A stretch of DNA of 64,000 nucleotides from contig OZ249436.1 of NCBI GenBank assembly GCA_965235115.1, forward strand, positions 54,624,001 through 54,688,000, in the 5' to 3' direction. The notes beneath the pieces were generated by a model that saw only the letters and a list, made by a program, of their open reading frames with translations, was not told where the DNA came from and did not search any database. This DNA is from Laetmonice hystrix. Its lineage: Eukaryota. Shown here in pieces: positions 1 to 13,655 of the stretch. How positions within the stretch are numbered: the stretch's first letter is position 1; every line of letters starts with the position of its first letter. The translations under genes and the position numbers were made by a program.

Positions 1-793
1 CCAGTACATGGCAGATGTGGCGATACCAACAGTGAAGTCCCTCCAGTAAATGGCAGATGTGGCGATACCAACAGTGAAGTCCCCCCAGTATACATGACAG
101 ATGTGGCGATGCTAACAGTGAAGTCCCTCCAGTATACATGACAGATGTGGTGATGCTAACAGTGAAGTCCCCCCAGTATACATGACAGATGTGGCGATGC
201 TAACAGTGAAGTCCCCCCAGTATACATGACAGATGTGGCGATGCTAATCGTAAAGTCCTCCAGTACATGACAGATGTGGCGATGCTAACAGTGAAGTCCC
301 TCCAGTACATGGCAGGTGTGGCGATACCAACAGTGAAGTCCCTCCAGTAAATGGCAGATGTGGCGATACCAACAGTGAAGTCCCTCCAGTACATGACAGA
401 TGTGGCGATGCTAATCGTAAAGTCCTCCAGTACATGACAGATGTGGCGATGCTAACAGTGAAGTCCTCCAGTACATGGCAGATGTGGCGATGCTAACAGT
501 GAAGTCCCTCCAGTAAATGGCAGATGTGGCGATGCTAACAGTGAAGTCCCTCCAGTAAATGGCAGATGTGGCGATACCAACAGTGAAGTCCCCCCAGTAT
601 ACATGACAGATGTGGCGATGCTAATCGTAAAGTCCTCCAGTACATGACAGATGTGGCGATGCTAACAGTGAAGTCCTCCAGTACATGGCAGATGTGGCGA
701 TGCTAACAGTGAAGTCCCTCCAGTAAATGGCAGATGTGGCGATACGAACAGTGAAGTCCCCCCAGTATACATGACAGATGTGGCGATGCTAAC
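1..793. repeat. Minisatellite, ~41-44 bp unit, about 18-19 copies, runs off the window edge
   Basis: Head-to-tail units like CCAGTACATGGCAGATGTGGCGATACCAACAGTGAAGTCCCT with recurring variants (ATGCTAAC/ATACCAAC, ATCGTAAA); no unique spacers. Confidence 0.95.
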
Positions 794-1039
794 CTTGAAG
801 TTCATCAAGAATGGAACCACACATGGATGGATTTCATGTCAGCCGGCATATTTTCTGATCCGTCAGTGACAAAAACCATTGATCGGGGCTGTTTAGTGTC
901 TTCAGAAGGCACTGTCGGATCTGGTGGACAGGCTCAGGTCTCTCTGAGGATACACGAATCACGGTAGACCGAACTGAATGTATGTCCTCGATATGGACGA
1001 ACTGGGCGTTCGACCGACATGTTGGGGTAAGATGTCAGA

Positions 1040-1100
1040 CGCCGCTGCTATCACGTGACGGTGTAGAGATCACGTGACAGCCTCGCGAGGCGCCATACGT
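1040..1100. promoter_or_regulatory. Candidate CpG-rich promoter cluster with two TCACGTGAC E-boxes
   Basis: TCACGTGAC twice within 30 bp, then CCTCGCGAGG and GCGCCAT; a minus-strand donor-like AAG|GTTAGC lies at 794/793. Function is inferred from motifs only. Confidence 0.3.
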
Positions 1101-1822
1101 AACACGGTAAATGAAATTTAATTTGATCTTCGCGCGGTCATTAACACTACTGTTATGTGGCCGAGTAAATCCTCTAAAGGTTCATTGCTCCATATTCCTC
1201 AATCCTATGATAATAAAAATACATTGTATCCAGTTTCTGGGCCGGTTTTAGATCAAATATTAGGTAGCCTCGATTGCGCGATGTGAAGATGTGAAAAGTG
1301 CAAAAAGTTGAGGAAAGCGAACTTTAGTCCGGATGATTTAAGAGCCAGCGCCTGTTGTAGGCTGAAGCAGCGGTCTGTTGGCGTCCATACTTATTAAAGC
1401 GATCGCTGTGGAATAGCAGTGTCTACATGGCTGACAGACTGGTACTTGATGTGTTTGACACTTGTTGATGGTTGGCGACGGGTGATCGTCGGTCATAATC
1501 GGCGCGTGTCGCTGCCGGTCGGTATGAGTCGGCGGGTGTGGGGCGGTCATGACTGTTATGAGCAGCGTGTCTCGTAGGGAGAGGTGATCAGGTAGAAGGA
1601 AGTAGGGAGGGCGTCTGGCGTCTAGCAATGATACATTTTTATGTTCTGATTAATAACCAGGTGCTCTGCTGCACTGCCGCTAAGCCTGCGGATGTCCGTA
1701 CCGTCTGGTGATGGGGTCGCAGAGCTATTAGTCACATTAACTCCTGCCAGCAGATCCCCGTCTGAGGCAGGAACCAGCATGGAATATTCATGAATCAGCC
1801 TGATGCGCATATAGATAGAACG

Positions 1823-1844
1823 AAAGAGAAAAAGAAAGAAAGAG

Positions 1845-1875
<31 letters not shown>

Positions 1876-1903
1876 AAAAGGGGAAAAGAAAGAGAAAAAG
1901 AAG
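1823..1903. repeat. Purine-rich (GAAA)n-like microsatellite
   Basis: Runs of aaag/gaaa; explains the spurious K/E-rich and F/S-rich ORFs. Confidence 0.9.
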
Positions 1904-2540
1904 ACCCCGTCTTCTGCATCCCAGTCAAGGCTTGCTCTCGGCTTTGTCTGCCTTTGTAGGAGGCAATGTCGGTACAGTAGAGGTAACCAAATGTTGCCGT
2001 TTAGACGAGCCAAAATGGCGCCAAAGTCGTATGCGTACGGTGCAAACAGGCCTATATCATGAGCAGCAGATCGGATGGCATGCTGCACTACCTCCGTTAG
2101 GTCTCGGCCGTTTTAGGGTTGACGCGCGTCAATATTATGTTCTTGTGGTGTGGCACAGTGTAGATATAGTGTCACTGTGCACTCTCATACCTGTTGGCCT
2201 TGTCTGTAATTTTCTTGAGGAAAAGACGGTGGAAAAATCTCACAAATATACGAGTTTACAAGAGCTTATTCTCCGAGTGATCTCGATGCAGATTGATGAA
2301 AAGTATATTGTCCCCAAAATTTATAGAGGGCGAAAAATCGCCAGGAATATGTTGGGATACCTATTTTGGTATCTCAACGGGCCCAAATATTAGGGTATTA
2401 AAATTTGGCGATGTTGATTAATATTCACTATTAAAAAATATTTCAATGTATAGCCTACATGTAATCATAAACCTAATGGCTACGATTGAAATTTAGGTGT
2501 TGTGATGTTTGTATGGCTCTTTAAGCAACAGCAGCTTTAG

Positions 2541-2730
2541 TAGTGCCTCAAAACTAGGCCTGTCTTTAACGTTACAGTAGCCCAGTGTCTCAAAACTAGG
2601 GCTGTCTTTAACGTTACAGCAGCCCAGTGCCCCTAAACTAGGGATGTCTTTAACATTACAGTACAACCCAGTGTCTCAAAAGTAGGGCTGTCTTTAACAT
2701 TACAGTAGCCCAGTGCCTCAAAACTAGGCC
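2541..2730. repeat. Minisatellite, ~42 bp unit, about 4.5 copies
   Basis: Repeats of CAGTGTCTCAAAACTAGGGCTGTCTTTAACGTTACAGTAGCC with substitutions. Confidence 0.9.
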
Positions 2731-5676
2731 ATTAAGTGACTCAAAACTATAGCCTCGTTCCCAGCGGTTAAGGATTCGCACGTTTCATTTAAATGCAGAA
2801 GCTCGCTTTTTTTTCAGTAATATATCTTCTTAAATGTCAAAAATAACGCTAGCGTAATTGGAGAAAGGAAGTAGCAGAAAAAGAGGCGTTCATAGCAGAG
2901 AAGTATTACGACTTCGCAGGAAGAATCTACGGTCTCCAGAGTGAAATCGATCACATTCAAAGAAAAATATGATCGGCGAAGAGCAATGTCCCATGTCAGG
3001 AGTGCAATTTCCGACCGACATGCAATTTGTACTTTTGTGCCGAAGGTTTTTGCCTGCCGTTTTATTGGTCATATACATTACGGTTTGGCGATTTATACAT
3101 TGGCACGGCCACCCGGCGCTGTGACGTAATTGAAGGCTGTGACTACATCGTTTCCAGTACCCTAGCGATCCCTCAGTGGGTGGGGTGGACGATCGACCAA
3201 CCCGATCCCCGACCAGGATGCGGGCCTCGGATCACTACCCTACTTCTATACCCGGCAGGATGGCTGAGCACCTCCGCTTGCCTTGACCCTCAACCACCCC
3301 AACCGCCCCAACCACCCCTCCTCTGGCTCCCTGACTTATGAATGCGCCGGTCTAGGGTCAGGATTTATCTCAATGCGAGGAAAGTGGTTCTGACAATGGC
3401 GTCTATGTGGATCGAATGGCTACATGTGCCGGTTGCTGATGGCCTGGTGAGCAGTATTATTAAAGCAAGCTGGATCTGTACTCGGCGCAGGGCCCAGCAC
3501 GGGGCCGGCGTTGATACAGAGGTACCGTTTAGTCGTGCCAGGAGCCGGGCCTTGTTATAACCATCAATAAAGGTCGTCTCCTGAATCACGTACGTGCAAA
3601 TCCTATTTGGTATTTAATCCATGAGGAAAGCCATTTCCAATTCCGCCTACAATCATATTTTTCTTGCATGTTTGACCCTTCTCTTGCATCTGTCTGTGTG
3701 ATGGAAAGAAACTGTAACGAAGAGTAAAGGGTAGTCATTTCAGTTAGCGGAGATGGCTCGTTCAGGTCGGTCTTCAGCCATTTTTGTTATTGGTTGCACG
3801 GATTTCTGCTGAGACACTGTACCAAATGTTCCCACGTATATATGCCACCCAGGGTATGGACCTCCAGTCATACAAAATGAAGTAGGGAGGCCTACACCAG
3901 TGGGAGCGAAAAAGAACTGTGGATATTCAGCCAAATAACTAAATGAAAGAAAGGTTCATGGGGCCCAGGGATTTGTTGCACAATCTGCCGTTAAAGGGAG
4001 TATATCATCCGCCGAATCGACCGGAATCTTTATATTTATGCTCACCTACTCACCCCTGACGTACTTTTATGGCACTGAATGTTTTTCTTATTGATTCTGG
4101 TAACACATCCTATGAGTAGACAGCTGTGAAACTCAGCCTGATGGTGGAACACTCACAAAATCTAGCAGGAGTGCAAGCACGCCAAGACGATGAATGCCGC
4201 CATTTGTAATCGTTTGAACGTTGTGTTGTTATGGTGCAGAGCACACCTTCGGTAACAGTCAGCAATTGAATGTAGTTCCAGAATTCAGGGGGATGTCCGT
4301 GATTTTCTCGAAAATAATGCTGGCAATATTTTTAATCTATGTTTGCTACTGCAAATCGAACATCAAGATTGCGAATACTGGCAGAAGAGCTTCTAATTTG
4401 CAGAGAACATAATTTGCATAGCCGTGTGCGTAGGAATATGAAAAACAACTTCCGGGGCCTCGGACGCCAAGTATTCAGTGACTGAAATAAAATTTGACGA
4501 CTTTTAGAATTTATTTGACATAATACCCACCAAGTCCACATCCACGGCCATTTTGTATAGTTTGGCTAGTCTGAGGGATTTGATGGGATAACTTCAGCTG
4601 TACCCAATTGGAAGCCCTTCACATGTTTCGAGTCTTCAGATTGTGCACATTTTACGAATTAGAAGCTGGGCCCGCTAGTTTGTTTTTAACGTTACTGAGG
4701 TTTATTATGGACAACGTATAATGAAACAGTCAAATAGCTCTGAAAGTTCTGCTGTTGCCATTTTATTCGTTATTCTAGTCTTAATGGGAAACACCCTGTA
4801 GTGAACGTCCCTGTCCAAACAACGAAAAGTTCGAATTGAATAGGCCTATATGAAAACGATATAATTAACGTTCAGGATCGGCTTCTAGTCGATCGGAATT
4901 GTTGTAATGAAGTAATAATCGACGACGAGCTCACATTACTTCCCCGAGTAGCTAGATACCGAGGGAATTAAGGGAAATGTCACGGTAGGGCACGACCTTA
5001 TTATACCGAAACACAACATGAGATGAGATATCAGGAATGAAACATGAGGCGTGACGATTATTGATTATTGATCAGTGCCCGGAGCCTGGTGACGTTGACA
5101 GCCGTGATGATGACAGTCGATTCGTGTACCGTGTGAACACGGTGTGACAGTGACCAGCCCCGCCGTCGCTCGGCCCCTGTGTCTATACACGGCGAGCGAT
5201 GCCAGACTCTCCCAATGAAAATCGATTCCGCTGGTGTCGATCTGAAAGCCAACTGTCTGTTGTACCTTTCACATTTACCGGTAGATTGTTACCGTAAACC
5301 AAGTGTCAGTTACAATATACCCGTTGCCAGGCACACGGAAGCAGACGCGGACCCTGTGGTGTGTCTGTGGTGACTCCTCGATAAGCGTCACACGTTACAG
5401 ACATGGGACTGCATGGTGTTACATTTGTAATTGTTTTTCCCATGCACGGACACCCATCCTCCCCCGCTCGGGGTTGAACCGCTTCCAGTGATTCATCCCC
5501 TCCTGCCTGCCCGCCTATTCTCAGAAACGCGTAGCTCGAAGTTTTTTACCCTTATGGCTCTAAGTTTTCCACCTAGTCCGGTACCCCGTAGACCAATCAG
5601 ATTACAGCACTGCCTGAGGCGCGATTCATAAAAATTAGCGTGCATTTCTGGTTAGCCAATAGGAACGTCCCCGTCC

Positions 5677-5968
5677 CAATCTAATTAAAATTAGATCCTG
5701 GTATTCCGCGTCTCTCTCGGCTGTTTCAGAGCTGCCGCGCTCCATACCTGGATCTAAGGACATCCCATTAGGGGTCACCTCAGGTTGACCTCTGGATTCA
5801 GCCAATCAGCGAGTCGCCTACGAAATCTTCGGTGTGCGCTCGTAGGCATTTTCAACGGCACACTTAAATCTGGGTCAAAGGGCAGCCTGAGGTGACCCCA
5901 TACGGGATGCCGTTAGATCCTAGTATGGAGCGCATGCGAAATAACTAGACCTAATTTTAATTAGATTG
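5677..5968. mobile_element. Non-autonomous foldback DNA transposon with ~10-bp TSD (AcademH-like by TSD length and termini)
   Basis: TIR CAATCTAATTAAAATTAG...CTAATTTTAATTAGATTG with imperfect arms continuing inward; GTCCCCGTCC duplicated at 5667-5676 and 5969-5978. Confidence 0.8.
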
Positions 5969-8900
5969 GTCCCCGTCCCAGAGGCCGAGAGCGACAGCCA
6001 GCGCCAGCGCTAGCGACACCGGGCCGCGAGCAGGCCAATGTAGGCCTAATGTTTGGATGCCAGCGCGAAGCGACGATGGCGGCTAAACTTTGGAATTTCG
6101 CGTGTTAAACCGTATCAACTCAGAGTGCTACAAACTCTATTGTTAGGGAGGGACACATTTGTTTATCAGCGAACTGGGCAAGCTATGAGGCATTTTTGCG
6201 AGAAGTAAGTCTTCGGTGAGGACCGTTTAGTGGGGGTGGGGCGACGATGACAGGTCCTATTAATATTCATAAGGTTGACCTCAGGGTCAACTTCTGGCCG
6301 GTTAGCCTGGGCTGGGCTCAAGGGGTAGAACTCAAGATGACGGACACCTAAACGTGACTGGTAATAGTGTCGGAAAACGCCTTGCTGGTGCCTGGATGGG
6401 TGTATGCGATATGTGAAGTTTAAGGTCCTGTGTTTTTTGTTTGTTTCTTCTCCCCCCCCCCCTCCTTTTTCGTTTTCCTAATTTCAGGTTTGATGTTGAT
6501 GTGAAATCGTCCCCAATTCCAATGTAACTTTTATAAAGTGTTCCAGATACCTTCAACTGTCAGCCATTCTGATCCTATTCTTAGAGGTTGTCAAATTCTG
6601 ATCAGATAATAATGACATCGGCTTCGGAGGGCTGAGACAAAACATGATGAATTTCAGACATATTTCTAGCCATTTATCGTACCTAAATCATTCCCATACA
6701 TTCTCAATGTAATAGTTATGTCTGTATATAAGAAAGATGGGTTACGCTATTAGACAGTACAGAAAATCAAATAAGGGTACATTTTCTTATTTGGTTACAA
6801 TACACACAGTCACGAACCTCTCCCCGGCGGAGACGCCCGTATACGTGAGGACTGGGCTGGAGACGATTCCGGTATTTTAGTATGCATTCACACGATTGTT
6901 GACACACAGACTGCAGTGACATCCCTGGACGAAGGAGGTAAACACTATTCATGAAATGCCATGAAACCTACCAACAGTTGCGGGCTGTGGAAAGAGCCAC
7001 TGCAGACTCATTCGAAGTTGGCTAAGCCAAAGTAAGTAGTCTAAAGAAATGATACTTTGAAGCAGAAATTTAAGGCTCCCAAGGGCACTGTGGATTCTGT
7101 CTTACACTGAACAAAGTGGACCAACCTGAGTCCACGGATAATTGTGTGGCGGGTTGGCGAGTGTTTCCGATGGTTGGTCACGTGTGCCACCACAACAACC
7201 ACCCACGACGTGGTTAAAGAGGTTTTACATGATGAGTGTCAGAAAGAGATAGGCCTAATTATGTCTGGAAGACCGCGGGGCACGACAATGTCAATGAAGA
7301 GGGAGAAACTGGTTGTGTATATTATTGTAGATAATACATGAATGTGTCTCCCCAGGCGCTCCAGTTGTGAGAATACTAATTGTTTCACTATCCTCTGATG
7401 AGTTTCCTCATTTAAGGGTAGATGAAATGTTTTTATGCGAGGAAAGGCAGTTTAAACTGTAATACGAGTATTTATTTTGGTTGTTTTCACAAAATTGCAC
7501 TAGTCGGTACAGACCCTCCAGTATTATCCAGAATATGCTTAAGGCTGACAACGAACAGGAAAGACATTTTACGTTTCCCTTTTATGATGACCAGCAATGA
7601 CTCTGTCAAATGAAACCTCACACTGTAATTCTGACTCTAATCAGTTTAAGTCATCCTGTTTCTCGGGACTGGTGGTTTTAATCTAGAATTTTGAGACCAC
7701 GAAGATACATCTAGATCACAGGGTGACTGTTGTATGAACATTGCACACCCGTGGAGTAAGTGTCCCATTTTCGGTGTCTCAGAAACTATACTGATAATGG
7801 CTCTTATTCTGTGTCGAAGCACTCCAGTATCCCTGAAACATCCATCCAATATTTTTAGAAGGAGATTTAGAAAGGGGGGGGGGGTATTTAAGTTAAACAA
7901 TCCGGAAGATTATCAAAAACTATGAGGTGTTCTTGACCCGGTAATCAACAATTCTCATTGAATATCACCTTCAAAAACAAAAACAAAAAACAAATGGAGG
8001 TTTATGCCACAACTCCGTCACGACTACGGTTCCTCTGATTAAGGTGATTAGTGCGTTACGTTAGTAATTAGTAGGCCTACGGTACGTTAAGATTTCACTA
8101 CACATGGCCGAGTGAGACTTGTGAGACTGAGACCGAATATTGGATATAGTGTGGCCATAATGTCTCTCAGACTGATCCTCCTGTGGGAGCCATTACTGGT
8201 CGGTCACCGGACAAAGATGATCCCGCTCACAACACTGTATAGATTTCCCGAGGGGTCGTTCCTTGAGAAGAAGCTTTGCTTGATTCCCAGGTCAATGTGA
8301 CCAATTATCACATTACGGATTAACGGGTTTCCCCCTGGCTTCAGTCTCCCCAGCCCTCATTCTGTTCTAGGACCAGTGGTTGTTGGCTGGCTAGCCATGC
8401 TCCTGTATATGGAGTGCCTACTGTAAGAGTGAACATTAAAGTTAACCAACATTACCAGAAATAATTCTTAGTCGTCGCAGCCCTAACTTTCCAATTATTT
8501 CTTGAGACAGTCAGAAAGCATTGTTCCATATATCAGACGCCACAGGTCACTTTGCTATCCTGCATATCTATCCATATGCGGATCGGAGATGGGCAAATCG
8601 TCCACTCTAACGTCCGTAACGAAATTTAGAGGCAGAAAGTCTTTTTATTTACCCCGGATCAACATACCCAAACATTCCTTAACCCCTAACAACGCTCCGA
8701 CCCCTAATTATCATTACCTCCAGTTTTGTAGGGGTTACTATGTGAGGATGACGTAGAGAGGGGAGCATCATGCACAGCCGACAACAGCATTCCCCTCCCA
8801 TCAGCATGCCGACATGGTGTTTATCCACAAATTTCTCCCCGGGAGGCGAGTTGTTCACGACCCTCCAGAACGGCGCTCGAATCGCAGGAGATCTATTTGG

Positions 8901-10012
8901 CCAAAACGAGTCTTATCGGAAGTGCCAATTATGAATATTCGGTTACTGAAGCGTTTGGCAGAGGCAAGCTCAAAGACACAGTCAGTAGCGATACAAATTT
9001 TCTATCAGCTAACAAACCTGGCCCACTAAATTACCGGCATATTGTCGGCAAAATGTCTGCAATAAATGAGACGTGTCACCCTAGGCATACTGTCTGCCGC
9101 TATCGGACGTCTACTTTCTCTATGTGTCAGAGATAGAGAAGGGCACGTCTCGGGTGACCAGTCTCAATATAGTCTGGTATTGTCGCCCTTCGTGCGAATA
9201 TAAGCAGTTCCACGTGCTTTTGTCACTTCGACGTCCACTAGTCCATCAAAGCAGGCGCCTTCTTGGAAAGTCAAGGCGGAAAACACACTTTACATTCAAT
9301 TGTGTAAATGGTTCACAGCAGCTGTAAATAAGTACAGCAGATGCTGTCGGACAACTCAAACCGTTCCCACATTGTTGTCACCTGCTCTTTGAAAACAGAA
9401 CCGGATAATTACAAGTTAGAGTATCCGTGACAACCATTGCGCATGCGCTGGATCTATGGCACCTGCAGGACAACCGCCCGCTACCAGGAATAAAATACGT
9501 CTTCATATTCCGCCGTATATAAAACATTGCTGTACCTACAGTACACATATAGGACTGAGTTGGTAGACCTATGCTATAGTCCTGAATATTGTCCCCCAGT
9601 ATTAGTATGTATGATATCATATCGTGTAGGCCTAAACGTGTGAATGATTGCATGAATGAATTTAAAGTAAAAGATATCAGATTTGATAATTGATAAAACA
9701 ACATTGATTGGTTGATTAATACCTTTGACGTAGCTACCGGTATGGGTAAAATATATCTGTCATTTCTCCCTTCGATTCTATTCAATAATTGATCTGAACG
9801 CCCCGCTAATCCACCTCCGTAAAATAAGCCTGACAAGAGATAATAGGCACAGGCAGACCATCCGCAGGCTTCCTTCTTTAATCCTTATATCTCATAATCC
9901 GAACACACATTCTGCTAACCTCTTCTCCCAGTCTCAATCCGAACACATCTATTGGGGACCAACATGTTATGACAAAAGAGGTATGAATATACACATTTGA
10001 TCTACCGCTCAG

Positions 10013-10141
10013 GAGACTCTTTGTCTTTTGGACAATCGTTCTTGACGTCAGGTTCTTGGTTCACAAAAGTCCGCCAGTGGAATGTTCGACGCCTGATCTG
10101 TTTAACGCTGTCAATGGCAGTGATCGGGGTGTGGTATGCAG
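10013..10141 (+). CDS. Putative exon with a hydrophobic (transmembrane-like) segment, possibly part of the acidic-tail gene
   Basis: ctcag| ... GCAG|gtgacc, 129 nt, phase 1-1 and open: DSLSFGQSFLTSGSWFTKVRQWNVRRLICLTLSMAVIGVWYA. The donor is weak and a second frame is also open. Confidence 0.25.
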
Positions 10142-10563
10142 GTGACCTATAACCATGATTGTTGTGTTGCTGTCAGGTGTCAGGGTTTTGTCCAAGAGAG
10201 GTGGCCTTCAATTTCTGAGTATTGCAGAATTCTGTTTTAGTACAACGGTCGACAAAATATGTCACGTGATTTCTTCGAACGTACTTCTCCTATCTGTTTA
10301 AGATGAATAGTTCAGTACTGTATAATTAGTTTAGCTGGTATAAACATTTTAATATGGACTATTTAGCGAGAACAATTTGATAATTAGTTAACTTCCCAGT
10401 TGCAATGGCGCTGGTATGAAAGGCTTTCTGGTCAAACTTTAGCGGCAACTATTGTTAGCGAAAATGGCACAATCGCTAAATGTATAGACTGCGAATATTC
10501 AACTTGAGGGGAAAGGGGAAATATCAGAGAGTTAGATTAGAAAGATTTTGACGTGCACGCCTC

Positions 10564-11089
10564 AAGGCCGGGACATATCTAGCGACTCCGAATCGTCGAG
10601 CCCCACGACTCAAGTCGCTGGCGACCGCAGTCGCCCACGACTCCGAAATCGGCGTAGCGATCAACTTGTCTTCTTGTTTTATGCTCCACATAAACCTTTT
10701 GTGGGAGCGACTCAACTTTTCTTGGAGGCCATGCTGAGGTGTTTACATCCCGTGGGGTCGGTCCAATGAGGCCTTCTGCGATTGTTTGAAATTCTGATAG
10801 AGTCGCCGTCTATACATCATTCAGTAGGCCTATGGGGCTACCATTGTGTGGATAGGCTACCTAGCGGTTGTGGGAGGAACTTGCGCACTTGGACCAACTC
10901 GCCGGGAGTCGGTGACCTCGGCGACTCGAAATAACAAACATGTTTCATTCTAGTCGTCGCCCCAATCGGCCGAGATCGCCGGAGTCGGTGAAGTCGGTCG
11001 CTGGACCTGCTACACACTACCGATTTTTACTGCCGACTCGGGGTCGGCCCCAATCGCCAGCAGAAATCGCCAGATGTGACCAGGCGTTA
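10564..11089. mobile_element. Degenerate MITE (PIF/Harbinger-like ends)
   Basis: Left AAGGCCGGGACATATCTAGCGA versus right TCGCCAGATGTGACCAGGCGTT; interior rich in GTCGC/GCGAC repeats; boundaries approximate. Confidence 0.45.
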
Positions 11090-12387
11090 GTCAACTAAAC
11101 GACGAAAGACAGGGTCTGCCCGTTCGTATGTTTATTGCTAAGAGCGAAACTGGCTGGAACTGGCGGGACGGCTACGTGGGCCGATTTGCTGGCAGATGAT
11201 CGTATTTGTATTGACGCGGCGACGGTGCTCTGCCGACGGTCGCGCACACTTGACCTCTCGGACACCATATTTTACCGAGGGGACAGCTATTCTCGACCAA
11301 CTTGATTACCAAAATGGACTTAGACAAAACCAAGGGTGGTCGGGTCTCCTCACTGACAGCGGCGCCGAGTTCCGGAGTCGGGGGTCGGTTAGACAGCAAG
11401 CAATCCGCCAACACGAGGCACGAGTGTCAGTAGACCTAATCTGAGGTTCTGATCACTATAGGGCTACTAAGTTCAAAATCAGGGCCGTAGAGGATCTAAT
11501 GGGTTTTTTTTTTTGACGGACACTACGACATGCACAGTGGCAAGCCGACAGACAAGCATTTTCACTCTGCAGTGACCCTACTACCTTAGTAATTCCTCGC
11601 CTTTCTAACAGGTGAAAGAAAACCTCCGTGTTTAGACTGCCATCAGTGCGTATGGTGTTGGCCAATGTACATGTACATGTATAGTGGTGGCCAAAAGCCC
11701 TTGGTACGCCCTCTGCCGGTGTGTGATGGTGGGTGTGTGAACGCGGCCCACTCGGCTCATGACGGAAGTCGTGGCCAATAACTCAATCAGGTCTATTTGT
11801 CTTGTCACGTCGTCTTTGGTCGTAGCTGTTTAACCCTTCCATAATCATTGTGGGCGAAGCTTAATAACTGGACTAGGTCGGTGCCCTGTCACGCCCGGTA
11901 AGGGCTGGGGGGGGAGGTTAGTCTGGGTGAACTGGTGACAGGTCAGGGTATGGTTTTAGTGATTTATTATCAGAGGTCACTTAAACCAAACACAAATCAG
12001 AAATGACCAGTGAAATGCTGCTCATTGGCGTTGGTGCACATTTTTAAAATGATGCACATCATTTTCTGAGTCGTGGGTCCTGATGAGGAGAACATTTTCT
12101 AAGCCTACTGCTAAGGGAACCCCACCTCAAATCTATGACAATCTCCCTAAACAGATTTATGGGCTAGAGTAAGCTGTCCATCCCAGTAAATATCGAGCAC
12201 AGTTACCTTTTATATATATTCCGCCCCACACATTATTGTACACATAATATTTCGAACGGTTGTACTGAACACAGTCACCCACTCTGACGAAGTCGCGTTC
12301 TGTGGACGAATCCCATAATGCACCGCAAACATCCTCACCCAGCCACTAAATGGCTCTGTTTGTGGCCTATGACTTTACTGCTAATCA

Positions 12388-12550
12388 CAGGCACGTACCC
12401 AGGATTGTGCTTAGGGGGGGTTCCATCAGGACAAGAGGGCTGCCCTGGGGCTACCTGTGTTTTTGCACCAGTCGACCTGGGGACCGGAGGGGGCCGGGGG
12501 GGGGGGGGTTCCGGAACCCCTGGACCCCCCCCCCCCTGGGTACGTGCCTG
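12388..12550. mobile_element. MITE, CAG...CTG termini, 5-bp TSD (hAT5-like)
   Basis: TIR CAGGCACGTACCCAGG...CCTGGGTACGTGCCTG; TSD AATCA at 12383-12387 and 12551-12555. Confidence 0.9.
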
Positions 12551-12706
12551 AATCAATGGCAATACCCCGCTGTATGCTCAGAACCATGAATCATCTATGA
12601 TTTGGAAAGTGTATATTTCAAAAAGAGCGGGCAGTCTGGGCCAGGGCATTTCGGAAGAAGATAGCCTCAGGCAGTAGGTCCTACAAAATTAGCGACACTT
12701 GTTAAC

Positions 12707-13386
12707 CAAATACCGTCCACCCAGGGCCTCGGGCAATCCGCCTCACGCAGTGGGCCCCACACACAATCAAACACCGTCCACCCAGGGCCTCGGGCAGTCC
12801 GCCTCACGCAGTGGGCCCCCCACACACAATCAAATACCGTCCACCCAGGGTCCTCGGGCAGTCCGCCTCACACAGTGAGCCCCCCACACACAATCAAACA
12901 CTGTCCACCCAGGGCCTCGGGCAGTCCGCCTCACGCAGGGGGTCCCACATACAATCAAACACTGCCCACCCAGGGCCTCGGGCAGTCCGCCACACGCAGT
13001 GGGCCCCACACACAATCAAACACTGTCCACCCAGGGCCTCGGGCAGTCCGCCTCACGCAGTGGGCCCCACACAAACACCGTCCACCCAGGGCCTCGGGCA
13101 GTCCGCCTCACGCAGTGGGCCCCACACAAACACCGTCCACCCAGGGCCTCGGGCAGTCCGCCTCACACAGTGAGCCCCACACACAATCAAATACCGTCCA
13201 CCCAGGGCCTCGGGCAGTCCGCCTCACACAGTGAGCCCCACACACAATCAAATACCCTCCACCCAGGGCCTCGGGCAGTCCGCCTCACGCAGTGGGCCCC
13301 ACACACAATCAAACACCGTCCACCCAGGGCCTCGGGCAGTCCGCCTCACGCAGTGGGCCCCACACACAATCAAATACCTTCCACCC
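12707..13386. repeat. GC-rich minisatellite, ~62 bp unit with a ~56 bp variant, about 11 copies
   Basis: Units CAATCAAACACCGTCCACCCAGGGCCTCGGGCAGTCCGCCTCACGCAGTGGGCCCCACACA; source of the overlapping repetitive ORFs. Confidence 0.95.
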
Positions 13387-13643
13387 GGTGTGGACAGGAA
13401 TCCAAGTCCCCCTGAAATGCAGGTCCGACGGACCTGCATTCCTAGGACTTGAAGTCCGTGAAGTCCGTATCATTTAAATATGTCTTTATAATCCTATACC
13501 TAATCCTAACCTTAACCTAAATCCACTTGTATTTTCTTAGTTATATTGTCTTATACCACGAAGTTGATGAACTAGGACCTGCATAACCAAGGAATCGAGG
13601 TCCGGCGGACCTCGATTCCGGAGGACTTACATTCCGTTCACAC
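13387..13643 (+). mobile_element. Non-autonomous DNA element with a CCTAA-type tract; related copy at ~53553-53828
   Basis: GGTGTG...CACAC ends, AGGTCC/GGACCT subterminal motifs, internal CCTAATCCTAACCTTAACCTA; reverse complement matches the 53.6-53.8 kb copy (shared TTGTCTTATACCACGAAGTTGATGA). Confidence 0.75.
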
Positions 13644-13655
13644 GTGCGCCTCGAG

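Noticed and set aside
1..793. CRISPR-like array and ORFs 200..394 and 244..435
   Set aside because: Contiguous tandem units without unique spacers, no cas genes, eukaryotic context; the ORFs are repeat translations.
1790..2393. K/E-rich and 153-aa ORFs
   Set aside because: Driven by the GAAA microsatellite or lacking any motif or splice support.
3120..3600. Possible solo LTR (TGTGACGTA start, AATAAA near 3566)
   Set aside because: No matching inverted terminus or TSD found.
6070..7035. Coding exons ending at GTAAGT donors (6204, 7032)
   Set aside because: Donors are good, but no convincing frame or link to downstream exons could be built.
12811..13477. Overlapping P/H/T-rich ORFs
   Set aside because: Translations of the ~62-bp minisatellite.
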